A stretch of DNA of 64,000 bases from Trichormus sp. ATA11-4-KO1 (GCA_019358915.1 JAHHIM010000012.1:1-64000), one strand, 5' to 3'. Numbered from the stretch's first letter, positions 20,437-32,150 are shown. Notes: a model not told the origin generated them from the letters alone. Made by a program: numbers and translations.

Positions 20437-21315
20437 ATGACCACAAACAGTGATTTGGTTTCTCCAGGAATCAGTTTAAAATCGACTTACCAGCCACAAG
20501 CAGCTGACACGAACATTGAGGCAGATAAATATCTATTTGCTCGCCTGCGGCAACTTTCCCTCAAACAACGCTTAGAAATGTTTGCGGCTCATGAGCGTGG
20601 AGTGAAGAAACTCTGCCTTGCAGGAATTAAATCTCGACATTGTGGAGCGCCTGTAGAGGAAATTCGTGGTATTTTTATCCGTGCTGTACTAGCAGAAAAA
20701 TTGAGGGTTGATTTTCACCCCAAAGGAAATGATGAAAAAATGTGGATTCAGGATTCAATAACGCTAGCAGCAGAACTACACCAAATTTTTGAGTCAATTA
20801 ATATTCCCTACTACGTGAGTGGTGGTGTAGCAGCTTCGTTGCATGGTGAACCACGCTCAACCCGTGATTTAGACTTGGTGATTGCAGGCCAACCAAACGA
20901 CATTGATTTGTTGGTGGCAACCCTCGAAGGTGCAGGGTACTATTGTCCAGCAGGTGCAGTTGAAGGTTTAAAGCAAGGGCGGGAACGAATGCTGAATATC
21001 ACGCATACCGAGACTATTGCAAATGCCGATTTGTATATGACTGATGTTTCACCGTTTGCAGTGTCCCAGATGGTAAGACGCCAGCTCATCGACTTAGAAG
21101 ACATACCTAAGTTTTGGGTGGCCTCAGCAGAAGATACAATTCTACAAAAGTTGCTGTGGCGTAAGGAGAGTCAGTCGGAAAAGCAGTGGCGCGATGTGCT
21201 GGGGATAATGAAATTGCAAGCAGAAAGCTTAGATTATAAATACTTGACAGAATGGGCAGAAAGCTTGGATTTGGTTGATGCTTTGAGCCAGGCATTTACT
21301 GAAGCTGGTGTGTAA
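20437..21315 (+). CDS. Nucleotidyltransferase-like protein (MenT1/AbiEii-like) fused to an N-terminal helical antitoxin-like domain
   Basis: YYVSGGVAASLHGEPRSTRDLDLVI and VASAEDTILQKL...KQWRDV nucleotidyltransferase motifs. Confidence 0.72.
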   Translation: MTTNSDLVSPGISLKSTYQPQAADTNIEADKYLFARLRQLSLKQRLEMFAAHERGVKKLCLAGIKSRHCGAPVEEIRGIFIRAVLAEKLRVDFHPKGNDEKMWIQDSITLAAELHQIFESINIPYYVSGGVAASLHGEPRSTRDLDLVIAGQPNDIDLLVATLEGAGYYCPAGAVEGLKQGRERMLNITHTETIANADLYMTDVSPFAVSQMVRRQLIDLEDIPKFWVASAEDTILQKLLWRKESQSEKQWRDVLGIMKLQAESLDYKYLTEWAESLDLVDALSQAFTEAGV

Positions 21316-21679
21316 TCTTTAACTTGGGAGTAATAAAGTGTGATTAACTCCGTTACTGCGCTCCGCGCGATCGCCTGATAGTTCAGAAAAAGATTCCTTA
21401 CCACCTATAAAACTCATCCCATTAGAAAATGACAATGCCGCATCTGCTAATACTTCCACAAAACTGAGTAGTAAATCGAGAAGGATAACAGCACCGATTG
21501 ATATTCGCTTTGTTAAGGTACAATCGAACTCACGTTATTTTAATTCACAAAAAAATAATTAAGCCCATTCCACAAAATTTTTACCTAATTGCATTGTGGA
21601 CAGAGCTTAAACATCAAAAATATTATTGCTTGTAGATACTATCTAATTTTCTAGAAGAATCACAATCTTGTTAGCAAGA

Positions 21680-22054
21680 TTAACCAAACCAATGAGAAGG
21701 TTCACAACCTGCTTGCACGGTGTCGCACAGATGATGGCTAATCCAATCTGATTTTTCTTGGATGATAGAGCAAATCCCCTGGTGAATTAAGTTTTGCAGG
21801 TGTAGTTGCTGTTCTAAAGGACTACGGGGTAATTTATGGTTTAACAAGCTTTCTGTTTGTAAATCTTGCAGATGAACCTGTTCTTCAGACACTGGATTGT
21901 AAAACCGGGGTATGCGGTTGAGGACAAAGACAATTAGCTCTTGACGCAAGTCAGGAAGTGCAAAAGCTTGTTGATAATGATATGGATATGTATCCAACAC
22001 ACTTTCAATCTCCCCTACGACTGATTGCAGCGTCAAATTAACTACTGTTTTCAT
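21680..22054 (-). CDS. Late competence development ComFB-family protein
   Basis: VVNLT..V..EIE.VL..YP...DLRQELIVFVLNRIP..Y. Confidence 0.7.
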   Translation of the reverse strand: MKTVVNLTLQSVVGEIESVLDTYPYHYQQAFALPDLRQELIVFVLNRIPRFYNPVSEEQVHLQDLQTESLLNHKLPRSPLEQQLHLQNLIHQGICSIIQEKSDWISHHLCDTVQAGCEPSHWFG

Positions 22055-22450
22055 AAATTTTTAACTCCTCTCTTATCCAAATTAAAGAAGCTAGGACAAC
22101 ACAGATGTTTTATATCTCTAATTCTAATGATTAATTTCAAATTCCTTCTTTTTCGCCAGAAAACTACACAAATCGCAGCATTATTTATTAGGGATCAATA
22201 TTCAACGCCAAATTAAACAATGTTAATTATAAGCTAGTGAAACTCGCAGTTTTTCTTTACAATATTTATCAATTATGAGTCAAAAATAAAAATATCCCCG
22301 ACTTCTTCAAGAAGTTGGGAATCTGAGCCTCTCATAAATGATTTATGATTGTTACTTTTCTAGAAAACTGCTGTTTTATACCTAAATTTATTAAGTTACC
22401 AAAAAGCAATTTATCACACCGAGTAACCAGTCTAGCGATAGATGTAATCA

Positions 22451-23494
22451 TCATGTAAATGATTTGAAAAAGTTCATATTCGTAGCTAAAGGTAGCTGGC
22501 ATAGATAATTATTAATTTCCCTGGCTGCTGCTAGTCCAGAAATCATTGCGTCTTCTGCGAGATTGCCACCACACCAATCACCACAGCACACTAAAGGCGA
22601 GGGACTATTGGCAGATAACACAGCATCTTCCCAAGGACGACGAGGAAAGGCATAGCGCCAGCGATGTACTTGCATCCACTCTGGTGTTTTCAGCCAAGGA
22701 AGTTCTAAAGTCTGGGCTGCTTGTTGTAACATATCTTGTCCAACTGGTTGTAAATCTGAGGATTCAAGATGAAGTTGGGCAAAATTAGCGCTACTTTGTA
22801 ATACAAATACGGGTTGTTGAGGATGAGGGCGTTTGCTGCTATCTAAACCAATCCATCCTAAAACAGCATGATCTGTAAATTTTAAGGATTTCCAGGGTGG
22901 GAGTGGTTGATAATTAGCAGGATATCCAGCGATCGCACTAATACAAGGAGAAAATTCTACAGCACTCAAATTTTCGAGAAAAGCTTTACCTAGTACATTT
23001 TCCCCCAATGGTGCTAGCAGCATTAAAGCTTGAGGTGCTGGGATAGCGAGGACTAGGGCTTTAGCTATTAATTCTTCACCGCTAGATTCCAAGGTGAGAC
23101 GCCAACTATTTTCCAGAGTTGGGTGAACCGCTATGACACGTTGATTCAGTAAAACTTCTAAACCTTGGGCGATAAATTTAGCGATCGCACTCATTCCCGC
23201 AGGTGCAACGTAACGAAGTGCTGAGTTGAGTTGAGGTTCCTCAAAGTTGTCTGTCCATACTTCTAAGACTTGGCGATCGCGTAAAAATTCTCCGAAATTT
23301 TTTAACAATTCACCTTTAGGCTTCAGGTAACAAGTTCCATGATCTGCCCAAGTCCCATGCAAGCGGCGCGTAGCCATTCGTCCCCCTAACCCACGAGACT
23401 TTTCTACAACCAGCACTGAGTATCCAGCTTGAGTTAACTGCTGGGCGCATACTAAACCTGCCATGCCGGCACCAATTACTGCAATATCAGTCAT
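22451..23494 (-). CDS. NAD(P)/FAD-dependent oxidoreductase (renalase family)
   Basis: IAVIGAGMAG, EKSRGLGGRMATRR, DHG, HRWRYA and GDW motifs. Confidence 0.88.
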   Translation of the reverse strand: MTDIAVIGAGMAGLVCAQQLTQAGYSVLVVEKSRGLGGRMATRRLHGTWADHGTCYLKPKGELLKNFGEFLRDRQVLEVWTDNFEEPQLNSALRYVAPAGMSAIAKFIAQGLEVLLNQRVIAVHPTLENSWRLTLESSGEELIAKALVLAIPAPQALMLLAPLGENVLGKAFLENLSAVEFSPCISAIAGYPANYQPLPPWKSLKFTDHAVLGWIGLDSSKRPHPQQPVFVLQSSANFAQLHLESSDLQPVGQDMLQQAAQTLELPWLKTPEWMQVHRWRYAFPRRPWEDAVLSANSPSPLVCCGDWCGGNLAEDAMISGLAAAREINNYLCQLPLATNMNFFKSFT

Positions 23495-23619
23495 AATTCA
23501 TTCTTTAGTAGTGGGGGATGAGGGAGTGAGGGAAATAACCAATGACCAATGACCAATGACTGCTGAAAGCTAATAGTAGAATAAAGTACATAAAGGCGGT
23601 ACGAAGGGAGGAAGGGAAA

Positions 23620-24462
23620 TTGGATGAACTGAGGGCGGCGCTGGAGTTGGCAACGGACGAAGAATTGCAGGACTTAACCGCAATTTTATTTAGTCGTAAG
23701 TTTAATCCCCTAGATTATGTTCATACACCTGAACCGATAGAGGTACAAAGCCAAGACCGTAAATCTTGGCTAGATACATTAGAAAATCGCTTTCGGTTTT
23801 TGGCAGCAGATGGGATGACAGTATTGCGGGGACGCACCAGTCAGGTAACTTACCGCCAAGCATTAATTCAAGTCTGTAAGTATCTGAAAATTCCTTATGC
23901 TACTGAATTGGCAACCGTTGATTTAGAAGCAGAGGTATTTTTACATCTACTAGGGCAAGTTTGGAAAAAATTGCCGGAAAAGGAAAAACAAAAATTGACT
24001 CAACAGGTGCAACGTCAGCTAGCCAAATCAGAATTACAACAACCTCTACCACTTTTCTTGCAGCGTGATCCTTTGGGGTTACTTTTTAAAGGTGGTAGTG
24101 CCCTGGCTGTTACTTCTATTCTCCAACCATTTGTCTTACAACAAATCGCCCGTCAATTTGCGATTCACTTTGCTAAGTATCAAGTAGCTAAACAGGCAGC
24201 AATTGCAGGTTCTGGGGCAGCTACTACGCAATTTCAAAGTTATGTAGCTTTGCAAATGGCGCGGCGGGGTATGACGATGAATGCAGCTCGTTATGGGGCA
24301 GTGCGGAGTGTTTTCACCTTGATCGGGCCAGTCATGTGGACTTGGTTTTTTGCGGATTTAGGATGGAGAGCGATCGCAACTAATTACGGTAGAATTATTC
24401 CTACTATTTTTGCCTTAGCACAAATTCGTCTCACCCGTGCTGAATGTTGGGAAATAGCTTGA
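23620..24462 (+). CDS. YaaW/UPF0174-family protein
   Basis: MDELRAALELATDEELQDL...FRFLAADG...YRQALIQVC...IIPTIFALAQIR. Confidence 0.75.
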   Translation: MDELRAALELATDEELQDLTAILFSRKFNPLDYVHTPEPIEVQSQDRKSWLDTLENRFRFLAADGMTVLRGRTSQVTYRQALIQVCKYLKIPYATELATVDLEAEVFLHLLGQVWKKLPEKEKQKLTQQVQRQLAKSELQQPLPLFLQRDPLGLLFKGGSALAVTSILQPFVLQQIARQFAIHFAKYQVAKQAAIAGSGAATTQFQSYVALQMARRGMTMNAARYGAVRSVFTLIGPVMWTWFFADLGWRAIATNYGRIIPTIFALAQIRLTRAECWEIA

Positions 24463-25823
24463 AGATAGCTTTTTATCATCCCCATCCTGGGTTACAAACC
24501 CCTTGGAATTTTGCCCAAATTGGACTGCTGATTTTTCCGTTAAGTCCGTTTGTGGGGTTTGTCAGTATATGTTTAGCAGTACTCGTAACTTGGTTACGAC
24601 AATACCGCACCATTATCCACCGTCCCCTTAACTGGGGATTTGCTCTTTTGAGTGTTTTACTGATTATTAGTGCAGGATTTGCCTCTCAAAAAACAGACGC
24701 TTTTCTGGGTTTATTTAATTTATTACCCTTCTTTTTAATTTTCGTTGGACTCAGTACCTTAATTCAAACAACCGCCCAATTGCGGCACATAGCTTGGCTT
24801 CTTGTCATCGGTTCCGCGCCAGTGGTGCTTATGGGCTTTGGGCAAATGTTTTGGGGTTGGACTTTTCAGCTACAGGTATTGTGGATTTTATTAGATTTAG
24901 CGATCGCACCTGGAGGCAATCCCCCAGGGCGCATGGCAGTAATCTTTATGCACGCCAATATTTTTGCCGCTTATTTAGCGATCGCTTTTACTCTAGGTTT
25001 AGGCTTGTGGCTAGAACAATGGCAATGGCGTAGGGAGGCAGGGAGGCAGGGGGGCAGGGGGGCAGGGGGGATTATTATGTCCGTAATCTCTTCTACGTCT
25101 CTACTCCACGCCTCGCTCCCGTTTCTGTTCTTAACTGTGTCAGTAATTACCAGCTTTATCGCCTTGATTTTAACTGACTCACGCAATGGCTGGGCGATCG
25201 CGGTGGTTGCTTGTTTAGCTTATGCACTTTACCAAGGTTGGCACATTCTTATAGGTAGCGTTGTCGGTGTGGTTACTAGCGTACTTTTAGCTGCTTTTGC
25301 TCCCTCGCCAGTTGCTCAAACTTTTCGCAGATTCGTTCCTGCTTACTTTTGGGCGCGGTTAAACGATCAAATGTATCCAGATCGACCAATTGCTTTGATG
25401 CGAAAAACCCAGTGGGAATTTGCTTGGTCTTTGACTCAGCAGCAACCCTGGACAGGCTGGGGTTTACGTAGTTTTACGGCACTCTACAAAGCCAAGATGC
25501 AGATTGATTTGGGTCATCCTCACAACTTATTTTTGATGCTATCTGCTGAAACTGGGTTACCTAGCACACTTTTATTTTTTGGCTTACTGGGTTGGATCTG
25601 GATTGCAGGTTGTCGGTTATTGGGAAAATCAAACTACATTGCTAAAGAAGATAGATTGATATTTTTTAGTTATGTTGTAGTTGTTTTAGTGTGGGCGCTA
25701 TTTAATACAGTAGACGTAACTTTATTTGATTTCCGACTGAATACGCTCTCTTGGTTATTGTTCTCCGCTCTTTGGGGAGTTATCTATCATCAAAAAAATG
25801 CTGAGAGTGTCGCAGGAAATTAG
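24444..25823 (+). CDS. O-antigen ligase (Wzy_C) family membrane protein
   Basis: Multiple TM helices; FMHANIFAAY, LTDSRNGW, TGWG and HPHNLFL motifs. Confidence 0.85.
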   Translation: MLGNSLKIAFYHPHPGLQTPWNFAQIGLLIFPLSPFVGFVSICLAVLVTWLRQYRTIIHRPLNWGFALLSVLLIISAGFASQKTDAFLGLFNLLPFFLIFVGLSTLIQTTAQLRHIAWLLVIGSAPVVLMGFGQMFWGWTFQLQVLWILLDLAIAPGGNPPGRMAVIFMHANIFAAYLAIAFTLGLGLWLEQWQWRREAGRQGGRGAGGIIMSVISSTSLLHASLPFLFLTVSVITSFIALILTDSRNGWAIAVVACLAYALYQGWHILIGSVVGVVTSVLLAAFAPSPVAQTFRRFVPAYFWARLNDQMYPDRPIALMRKTQWEFAWSLTQQQPWTGWGLRSFTALYKAKMQIDLGHPHNLFLMLSAETGLPSTLLFFGLLGWIWIAGCRLLGKSNYIAKEDRLIFFSYVVVVLVWALFNTVDVTLFDFRLNTLSWLLFSALWGVIYHQKNAESVAGN

Positions 25824-27259
25824 CCTGTGCTGATTTGATTTTTTGGCCGGCGTAACAACCAAGCTAACACTATCCCTGAAATAATCCCGCCGAACCAACC
25901 GCCTAGAAGATTCGCTAATATCCACCAACCAGACCTGTGAACTAGTCGCCGCAGTACCAACCATTGTCCAATACCGACGAGCAATCCGTGTAAAAGCACA
26001 AAATCCTCAAAGTTATTTAATCCTACAAAGTAAAAAGGAAGAAGAAAAGCCAAGGTAGTTGCTAATAACCACCACCAAGCGGGACGAAAAACTTTTTGGC
26101 GCAGCACCAACCACTGCTTAACCCCTACAGCTAATCCCCAAAAACAAATAGAAACTAGATTACCAGCATTTGCTAACAAGCCAAACCCAATAAATAAACC
26201 TCCGGCATATCCAAAAACATTAGCTAATATCCACTGAAAATAAAAGCCCCATTGCACATGTGGGCGTGGGGTGGGCAAAGATATTTTTATAGAAGATAAA
26301 ATTTGTGATATTACGATAGCTACTTGATTCCACTGTCGTAAAATTGGCGATAGTGGAAAACCCGCAGGCGATGGAAAATTACTTGACTGGACAGTCGGTT
26401 GATGTATTTGAGTGCATGATTGTTGTGTCAGTACATAAGGATCTGCTAACTTTTGTACTACAGTTAAAGCCTCGGTTGCTGACTGGTATCGTTGCCGAAA
26501 GTCATAGCGTACCATTTTGTCTAAAACATCTGCCAACTGTGGGCTAACATGTACCAGGTGTCGCCAGAGCATTTCAGCACTTTGGGCATCTTCTTGGATT
26601 TGGTCAGGCATTAACCCAGTTAAGGCTTGAATACCTATCATCCCCACAGCATAAATATCGCTGCTAAATCTGGGTTTACCTCGACTCTGTTCACTGGGCA
26701 TATAGCCAGGTGTGCCGATGCACACAGTCATTTTAGTGTGTCCTTGAGGATTTACTACCTGAGTGCCAATTTGTTTAACTGCCCCAAAATCAATCAGGAC
26801 AATTTGGCCATCACTTTCACGGCGAATTAAGTTAGGGGGTTTAATATCCCGGTGGATGACATTATTTTGATGGACAAAGGCTAAAGGTTGGAGGATATTC
26901 TGTAATAGAGTGATCGCGTAACCTTCACTCCAATGCTTCCCAGATACAAGTTCATCACTTAAAGGATGACCGACAATAAATTGCTGGACTAAATAAAATT
27001 CCTCATTTTCTTCAAAATGAGCCAGCAGTTGCGGTATTTGGTTGTGAGTACCTAGTTTGTGTAATAGTTGCGCTTCTGAGTCGAATAAACGTCTAGCTAA
27101 CCGTAAAGTCTTGGGGTCAGTTGCTTGTGGTTTGAGTTGTTTAACTACACACTGGGTATTGTAAAGTTTGGTGTCTTCAGCAATATAGGTGTGACTAAAA
27201 CCACCGGAACCCAGAGGTTGAATAATCCTATAGCGTCCGTCTAGTAACTGACCCAACAT
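25820..27259 (-). CDS. Hanks-type Ser/Thr protein kinase with a C-terminal multi-TM domain
   Basis: LGSGGFS, VVK, HRDIKPPN, DFG and GTPGYMPSEQ; Trp/Gly-rich TM tail. Confidence 0.92.
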   Translation of the reverse strand: MLGQLLDGRYRIIQPLGSGGFSHTYIAEDTKLYNTQCVVKQLKPQATDPKTLRLARRLFDSEAQLLHKLGTHNQIPQLLAHFEENEEFYLVQQFIVGHPLSDELVSGKHWSEGYAITLLQNILQPLAFVHQNNVIHRDIKPPNLIRRESDGQIVLIDFGAVKQIGTQVVNPQGHTKMTVCIGTPGYMPSEQSRGKPRFSSDIYAVGMIGIQALTGLMPDQIQEDAQSAEMLWRHLVHVSPQLADVLDKMVRYDFRQRYQSATEALTVVQKLADPYVLTQQSCTQIHQPTVQSSNFPSPAGFPLSPILRQWNQVAIVISQILSSIKISLPTPRPHVQWGFYFQWILANVFGYAGGLFIGFGLLANAGNLVSICFWGLAVGVKQWLVLRQKVFRPAWWWLLATTLAFLLPFYFVGLNNFEDFVLLHGLLVGIGQWLVLRRLVHRSGWWILANLLGGWFGGIISGIVLAWLLRRPKNQISTG

Positions 27260-27487
27260 AAAGGCGATCGCTTGGCAAGTCAACAGATGTATTGTAACCC
27301 TCTAATTGAAAATTACGTATTCTCAACTAAAAAACGTGCAAAGGCGCAAAGTGAAACTCAGTGCTGAGTGCTGAGTCAAAAGAAGAAGGAAGGACTTTCG
27401 CACTCGGTACAAGCAAGGCGAATTGTGGTCACTGAGCTTGTCGAAGTGTGGATGGTTTTTTAACTCAGCACTCTTCATTTCGTTGAA

Positions 27488-30106
27488 TTAACTGCTAAAC
27501 ACTTCCACGGGTAACCGAGTAAAGGAAAGACGCTCATTTTGCACATCGACAAAAATGGTGTCGCCGTCGCTGAATTCACCGCGCAAGATAGCTTTGGCAA
27601 TTTGCGTTTCTAACTCTCGCTGAATTGCTCGTTTCAATGGACGCGCTCCAAATACTGGGTCATACCCTACTTCCGCTAAAAAGTCAAGAGCAGCATCTGA
27701 GAGTTTGAGAGACATCTTGCGATCGCCTAATCTTTGTCGTAGTCTCTCTACTTGTAACAGTACAATTTGCCGCAATTCTTGTTTATCTAAACCGTGGAAG
27801 ATGATAATTTCGTCAATGCGGTTGAGAAACTCTGGACGGAAGCTATTTCGCATCGCCTCCATGACTCGGCGGCGCATTTCGTCGTATTGTGCGGCTTCCC
27901 CTGCGACATCAAGAATATACTGTGAACCGATGTTACTGGTCATGATAATAATGGCGTTTTTGAAGTCCACCGTATGACCCTGGGCATCAGTGACGCGACC
28001 ATCATCGAGAATTTGCAGGAAGATATTGAATACGTCGGGGTGTGCTTTTTCGATTTCGTCGAAGAGAATTACTGCGTAAGGACGACGGCGAATGGCTTCG
28101 GTTAATTGTCCGCCTTCTTCATAACCCACGTATCCTGGAGGCGCACCAATTAACCGCGAAACTGCGTGTTTCTCCATATATTCAGACATATCAATTCGCA
28201 CCAAAGCGTCTTCGGTGTCGAACATATACGCCGCCAGTGCTTTCGCCAACTCGGTTTTACCTACACCTGTGGGACCCAAGAAAATAAAGCTAGCAATGGG
28301 ACGATTCGGATCAGCAAGTCCCGCACGCGATCGCTGAATAGCATCGGCGACAGCTGTGACGGCTTCACTTTGTCCTACTACTCTTTGATGCAGTTCATCC
28401 TCTAAATGCAACAGTTTTTCTTTCTCTGATTCCACCAACTTGCTAATGGGGATTCCTGTCCACTTAGAAATAATTTCCGCGATATCTGCTTCTGTGACTT
28501 CTTCACGCAATAGCGATTTACCGGTTCTTTGGGCGTTGGCTAATTCGCTTTCTGCTGTTTGCAACTGACGATGCAAATTAGTTAACTTGCCATATTTCAA
28601 CTCAGCAGCGCGGTTGAGGTCGTAGTTTCTTTCAGCTTGTTGAATTTCTAAGTTAACTTTGTCAATTTCTTCTTTGACAGACTGAATTTTGTTGATAATA
28701 TCTTTTTCCGATTGCCATTGAGCATTGAGTGTTCTTTGTTCTTCTTTGAGATCCGCAAGTTCTTTTTCAATTCTTTCTAAACGTTCTCTAGAAGCTGCAT
28801 CACTTTCTTTTTGCAAAGACAGCTTCTCCATTTCCAATTGCAAAATCTTGCGGTCAATTTCGTCCAGTTCTTCTGGTTTGGAGGTAATTTCCATTTTCAA
28901 CCTAGCGGCGGCTTCGTCTACCAAGTCGATGGCTTTATCTGGCAAGAAGCGATCGCTAATATATCTACTAGATAATGTAGCGGCTGCCACTAGAGAACTA
29001 TCAGAAATTTTTACCCCGTGATGAACTTCATAACGTTCTTTCAACCCGCGCAAAATCGAGATTGTATCTTCTACTGTGGGTTGGTCTACATAGACTTGCT
29101 GGAAACGTCGCTCTAGTGCCGCATCTTTTTCGATATACTTGCGGTACTCATCTAAAGTTGTCGCCCCAATACAACGCAATTCACCCCGCGCCAACATGGG
29201 TTTTAACAAGTTACCGGCATCCATTGCGCCTTGTGTTGCACCAGCGCCAACTACAGTATGAATTTCATCAATAAATAAAACTATATTGCCGCCGGATTCC
29301 GTAACTTCTTTTAATACTGCTTTCAAGCGTTCTTCAAATTCACCCCGGAATTTGGCCCCTGCAATCAAAGCACCCATATCTAAAGCAATTAGCTTGCGGT
29401 CTTTGAGAGATTGGGGGACATCACCAGCAACAATCCGTTGTGCTAATCCTTCCGCGATCGCAGTTTTCCCCACACCAGGTTCACCAATTAGTACAGGATT
29501 ATTTTTGGTACGGCGAGAGAGAATTTGCACCGTGCGACGAATCTCATCATCCCGGCCAATCACTGGATCAAGTTGACCTTTACGTGCTGCTTCGGTGAGG
29601 TCACGTCCATATTTTTCCAGTGCTTCATATTTGCCTTCTGGATTTTGGTCGGTCACTTTTTGGCTCCCACGAATTTGTTTAATGGTATTTTTGAGCTGGC
29701 CTTCGTCTAAACCAAATTCTTGGAATAAACCTTTACCAAAGCGGTCATCTTTGGCATAAGCCAGCAATAAATGTTCAATTGAGATATATTCGTCTTTGAA
29801 TTCTTTACGATATACCTCTGCCCGATCTAACAGTGTATCTAAGCTGCGTCCCAAGTATACAGACGTGCTGCTACCAGATACTTTCGGCTGACGTTGAAAG
29901 AATTGGTCAGTGCGGTCGCGGATTTTTTGCAAATCAACACCCGCTTTCGTCAAAATGCTGCTAGCTAAACCTTCTTGTTCTAGTAGCGCTTTCATCAGGT
30001 GTTCGCTTTCGATTTGCTGTTGTTGATATTGTTTAGCAATCTCCGGAGTATGGGCGATCGCTTCCCAGGCTTTTTCTGTAAATTGGTTTGGATTAGTTGG
30101 TTGCAT
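27488..30106 (-). CDS. clpB: ATP-dependent chaperone ClpB
   Basis: Two AAA+ modules ([16 protein letters not shown]) with a coiled-coil middle domain. Confidence 0.97.
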   Translation of the reverse strand: MQPTNPNQFTEKAWEAIAHTPEIAKQYQQQQIESEHLMKALLEQEGLASSILTKAGVDLQKIRDRTDQFFQRQPKVSGSSTSVYLGRSLDTLLDRAEVYRKEFKDEYISIEHLLLAYAKDDRFGKGLFQEFGLDEGQLKNTIKQIRGSQKVTDQNPEGKYEALEKYGRDLTEAARKGQLDPVIGRDDEIRRTVQILSRRTKNNPVLIGEPGVGKTAIAEGLAQRIVAGDVPQSLKDRKLIALDMGALIAGAKFRGEFEERLKAVLKEVTESGGNIVLFIDEIHTVVGAGATQGAMDAGNLLKPMLARGELRCIGATTLDEYRKYIEKDAALERRFQQVYVDQPTVEDTISILRGLKERYEVHHGVKISDSSLVAAATLSSRYISDRFLPDKAIDLVDEAAARLKMEITSKPEELDEIDRKILQLEMEKLSLQKESDAASRERLERIEKELADLKEEQRTLNAQWQSEKDIINKIQSVKEEIDKVNLEIQQAERNYDLNRAAELKYGKLTNLHRQLQTAESELANAQRTGKSLLREEVTEADIAEIISKWTGIPISKLVESEKEKLLHLEDELHQRVVGQSEAVTAVADAIQRSRAGLADPNRPIASFIFLGPTGVGKTELAKALAAYMFDTEDALVRIDMSEYMEKHAVSRLIGAPPGYVGYEEGGQLTEAIRRRPYAVILFDEIEKAHPDVFNIFLQILDDGRVTDAQGHTVDFKNAIIIMTSNIGSQYILDVAGEAAQYDEMRRRVMEAMRNSFRPEFLNRIDEIIIFHGLDKQELRQIVLLQVERLRQRLGDRKMSLKLSDAALDFLAEVGYDPVFGARPLKRAIQRELETQIAKAILRGEFSDGDTIFVDVQNERLSFTRLPVEVFSS

Positions 30107-30249
30107 AGGCTTTGAGATAAACTACTCCAAATAAAAGGCGCAGATAGAACAATAGTCAATTTTGCTTTTATATGGTCATTGTAGGAAGAGGGGCGCAACT
30201 AACTAGATCGGTCTTCACATCTTGATAGAGTAGTAGTATTACCTCTTTT

Positions 30250-30295
30250 TGAGTGCTGAGTGCTTTTCTAAGTGCTGAGTGCTGAGTGCTGAGTA
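30250..30295. repeat. STRR-type 7-bp tandem repeat (TGAGTGC)n
   Basis: Also at ~2896-2921, 18675-18690, 27358-27376, 44033-44051 and 56168-56198; (CCAATGA)n at 23539-23560. Confidence 0.85.
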
Positions 30296-30381
30296 AAGAA
30301 AGTAAGTATCACCTAAAGTTTCATTCCCCTTGTCCCCTTTTGTCCCTCTCTCATAGGCAATTTGCTGATTTTTACTGAATC

Positions 30382-30825
30382 ATGCTGACTTTCACCCAAC
30401 GTCACCCACCTAACCCTGATGTAGTCGTCACTTTTACTTTGGCGCTGACAGCAGAAGAACGCACCCGCAGTCGTCATCGTTGGGAAACGGAAGATGGCAA
30501 AGTTGTATTTTTGCGTTTACCTAGAGGTATGGTGTTGCGGGATGGTGATATTCTCCAAGACGAAACCAATGGTAGTTTAATGAGAATTGCGGCTAAAGCA
30601 GAACCAGTTTTAACGGTTTTGGCTGCAACACCACTTTTATTAATGCGGGCGGCGTATCATTTGGGCAATCGCCACGTACCTGTGGAAATTACCTCTAGTT
30701 ATTTACGCTTATCACCAGATTCAGTTTTACAGACAATGTTGGTACAACTGGGACTAGAAATTAAAGCAGAAATTCTGCCGTTTCAGCCCGAATTAGGCGC
30801 TTATGGACATAATCACGCTCACTGA
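30382..30825 (+). CDS. ureE: Urease accessory protein UreE
   Basis: [11 protein letters not shown] and PFQPE.GAYGH motifs. Confidence 0.95.
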   Translation: MLTFTQRHPPNPDVVVTFTLALTAEERTRSRHRWETEDGKVVFLRLPRGMVLRDGDILQDETNGSLMRIAAKAEPVLTVLAATPLLLMRAAYHLGNRHVPVEITSSYLRLSPDSVLQTMLVQLGLEIKAEILPFQPELGAYGHNHAH

Positions 30826-31492
30826 TAGCCATCTTTTATCTATTTTGCAGCTAGCTAATCCAGCTTTACCTGTGGGAGCATACAGCTATTCTGAAGGATT
30901 GGAAACCCTCGTGGAAAATGGCGCGATCGCAGACCAAGAAAGTCTCAAACATTGGTTAGCAGCAGAACTGCGTTATGGGGCAATACGCTTAGAGGCGGCG
31001 GTGATGGTACGATCTGGTCAATCTGCAAATATGGGTGATGTAGAAGCGTTACGCCGTTGGAATATGTGGTTATCGGCTGCTAGGGAAACCCAAGAATTAC
31101 GCGCTTCTAGTTGGCAAATGGGGCGATCGCTGATTCAATTACTTGGTAAACTACAACCACAAATTATGCCACTGGTGAATGCTGTGGGTGATCATTGCAA
31201 TTATGCGATCGCTTTTGGGATTGCTGTTGCCCATTGGCAAATTAATATCAAAGCTGCTTTACTGGGATATCTGCATAGTTGGGTAAGTAATTTGGTGACG
31301 GCTGGTGTAAAACTTATCCCCCTTGGTCAAACAGCAGGACAAGAGTTATTGCTGGAGTTACAACCATTAATTAGTGCAGCTGCGTTAGAAATACTGGCTT
31401 TGGAGGATGATCAACTTGACTGTTGTAGTTGGGGGTTGTCGTTAGCTAGTATGCAGCATGAAACTCAGTATACAAGGTTGTTTAGAAGTTAA
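30803..31492 (+). CDS. ureF: Urease accessory protein UreF
   Basis: [19 protein letters not shown]...PLGQTAGQ...[11 protein letters not shown]. Confidence 0.95.
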   Translation: MDIITLTDSHLLSILQLANPALPVGAYSYSEGLETLVENGAIADQESLKHWLAAELRYGAIRLEAAVMVRSGQSANMGDVEALRRWNMWLSAARETQELRASSWQMGRSLIQLLGKLQPQIMPLVNAVGDHCNYAIAFGIAVAHWQINIKAALLGYLHSWVSNLVTAGVKLIPLGQTAGQELLLELQPLISAAALEILALEDDQLDCCSWGLSLASMQHETQYTRLFRS

Positions 31493-31522
31493 CAAACCGC
31501 AGAGGCGCAGAGGAGAAGTAAA

Positions 31523-32119
31523 ATGAGTGCATTTCGAGTTGGGGTGGCTGGCCCGGTGGGTTCAGGAAAAACTGCTTTGGTAGATGCTTTATGTAAGGCG
31601 TTGCGTGAGCAGTATGAGATTGCTGTGGTGACGAATGATATTTATACTCAGGAGGATGCTCAGTTTTTGGTGCGTTCTCAGGCTTTGACAAGCGATCGCA
31701 TCTTGGGTGTAGAGACTGGTGGTTGTCCTCACACGGCTATCCGTGAAGATGCTTCTATGAATTTGGCTGCTATTGAACAATTAGAACGCCAATTTTTTGA
31801 TTTAAATTTAGTGTTTCTGGAAAGTGGCGGCGATAATTTAGCAGCTACTTTTAGTCCAGAATTGGTAGATTTAACAATTTATGTGATCGATGTGGCGGCT
31901 GGTGACAAAATCCCCCGCAAAGGTGGCCCCGGTATTACGAAATCTGATTTATTAGTAATTAATAAAATTGACCTTGCACCCTATGTTGGTGCAAATTTAG
32001 AAGTAATGAAGCGGGATGCTCAAAAAATGCGCGGTGATAAGCCTTTTATTTTTACTAATTTAAAAACTCAAGCAGGGCTAACAGATGTGATTGAATTTGT
32101 TGCTAAAAATATTTGTTAA
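31523..32119 (+). CDS. ureG: Urease accessory GTPase UreG
   Basis: [22 protein letters not shown] and NKID motifs. Confidence 0.97.
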   Translation: MSAFRVGVAGPVGSGKTALVDALCKALREQYEIAVVTNDIYTQEDAQFLVRSQALTSDRILGVETGGCPHTAIREDASMNLAAIEQLERQFFDLNLVFLESGGDNLAATFSPELVDLTIYVIDVAAGDKIPRKGGPGITKSDLLVINKIDLAPYVGANLEVMKRDAQKMRGDKPFIFTNLKTQAGLTDVIEFVAKNIC

Positions 32120-32150
32120 TTAACAAAATACTTGATTTTAATTAAAAGTT

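Noticed and set aside
27705..29710. Antisense ORFs inside clpB and other long genes
   Set aside because: Shadow ORFs from codon bias, with no independent evidence.
30382..32119. ureEFG without ureABCD
   Set aside because: Split urease loci are common in cyanobacteria; the structural genes are probably elsewhere.
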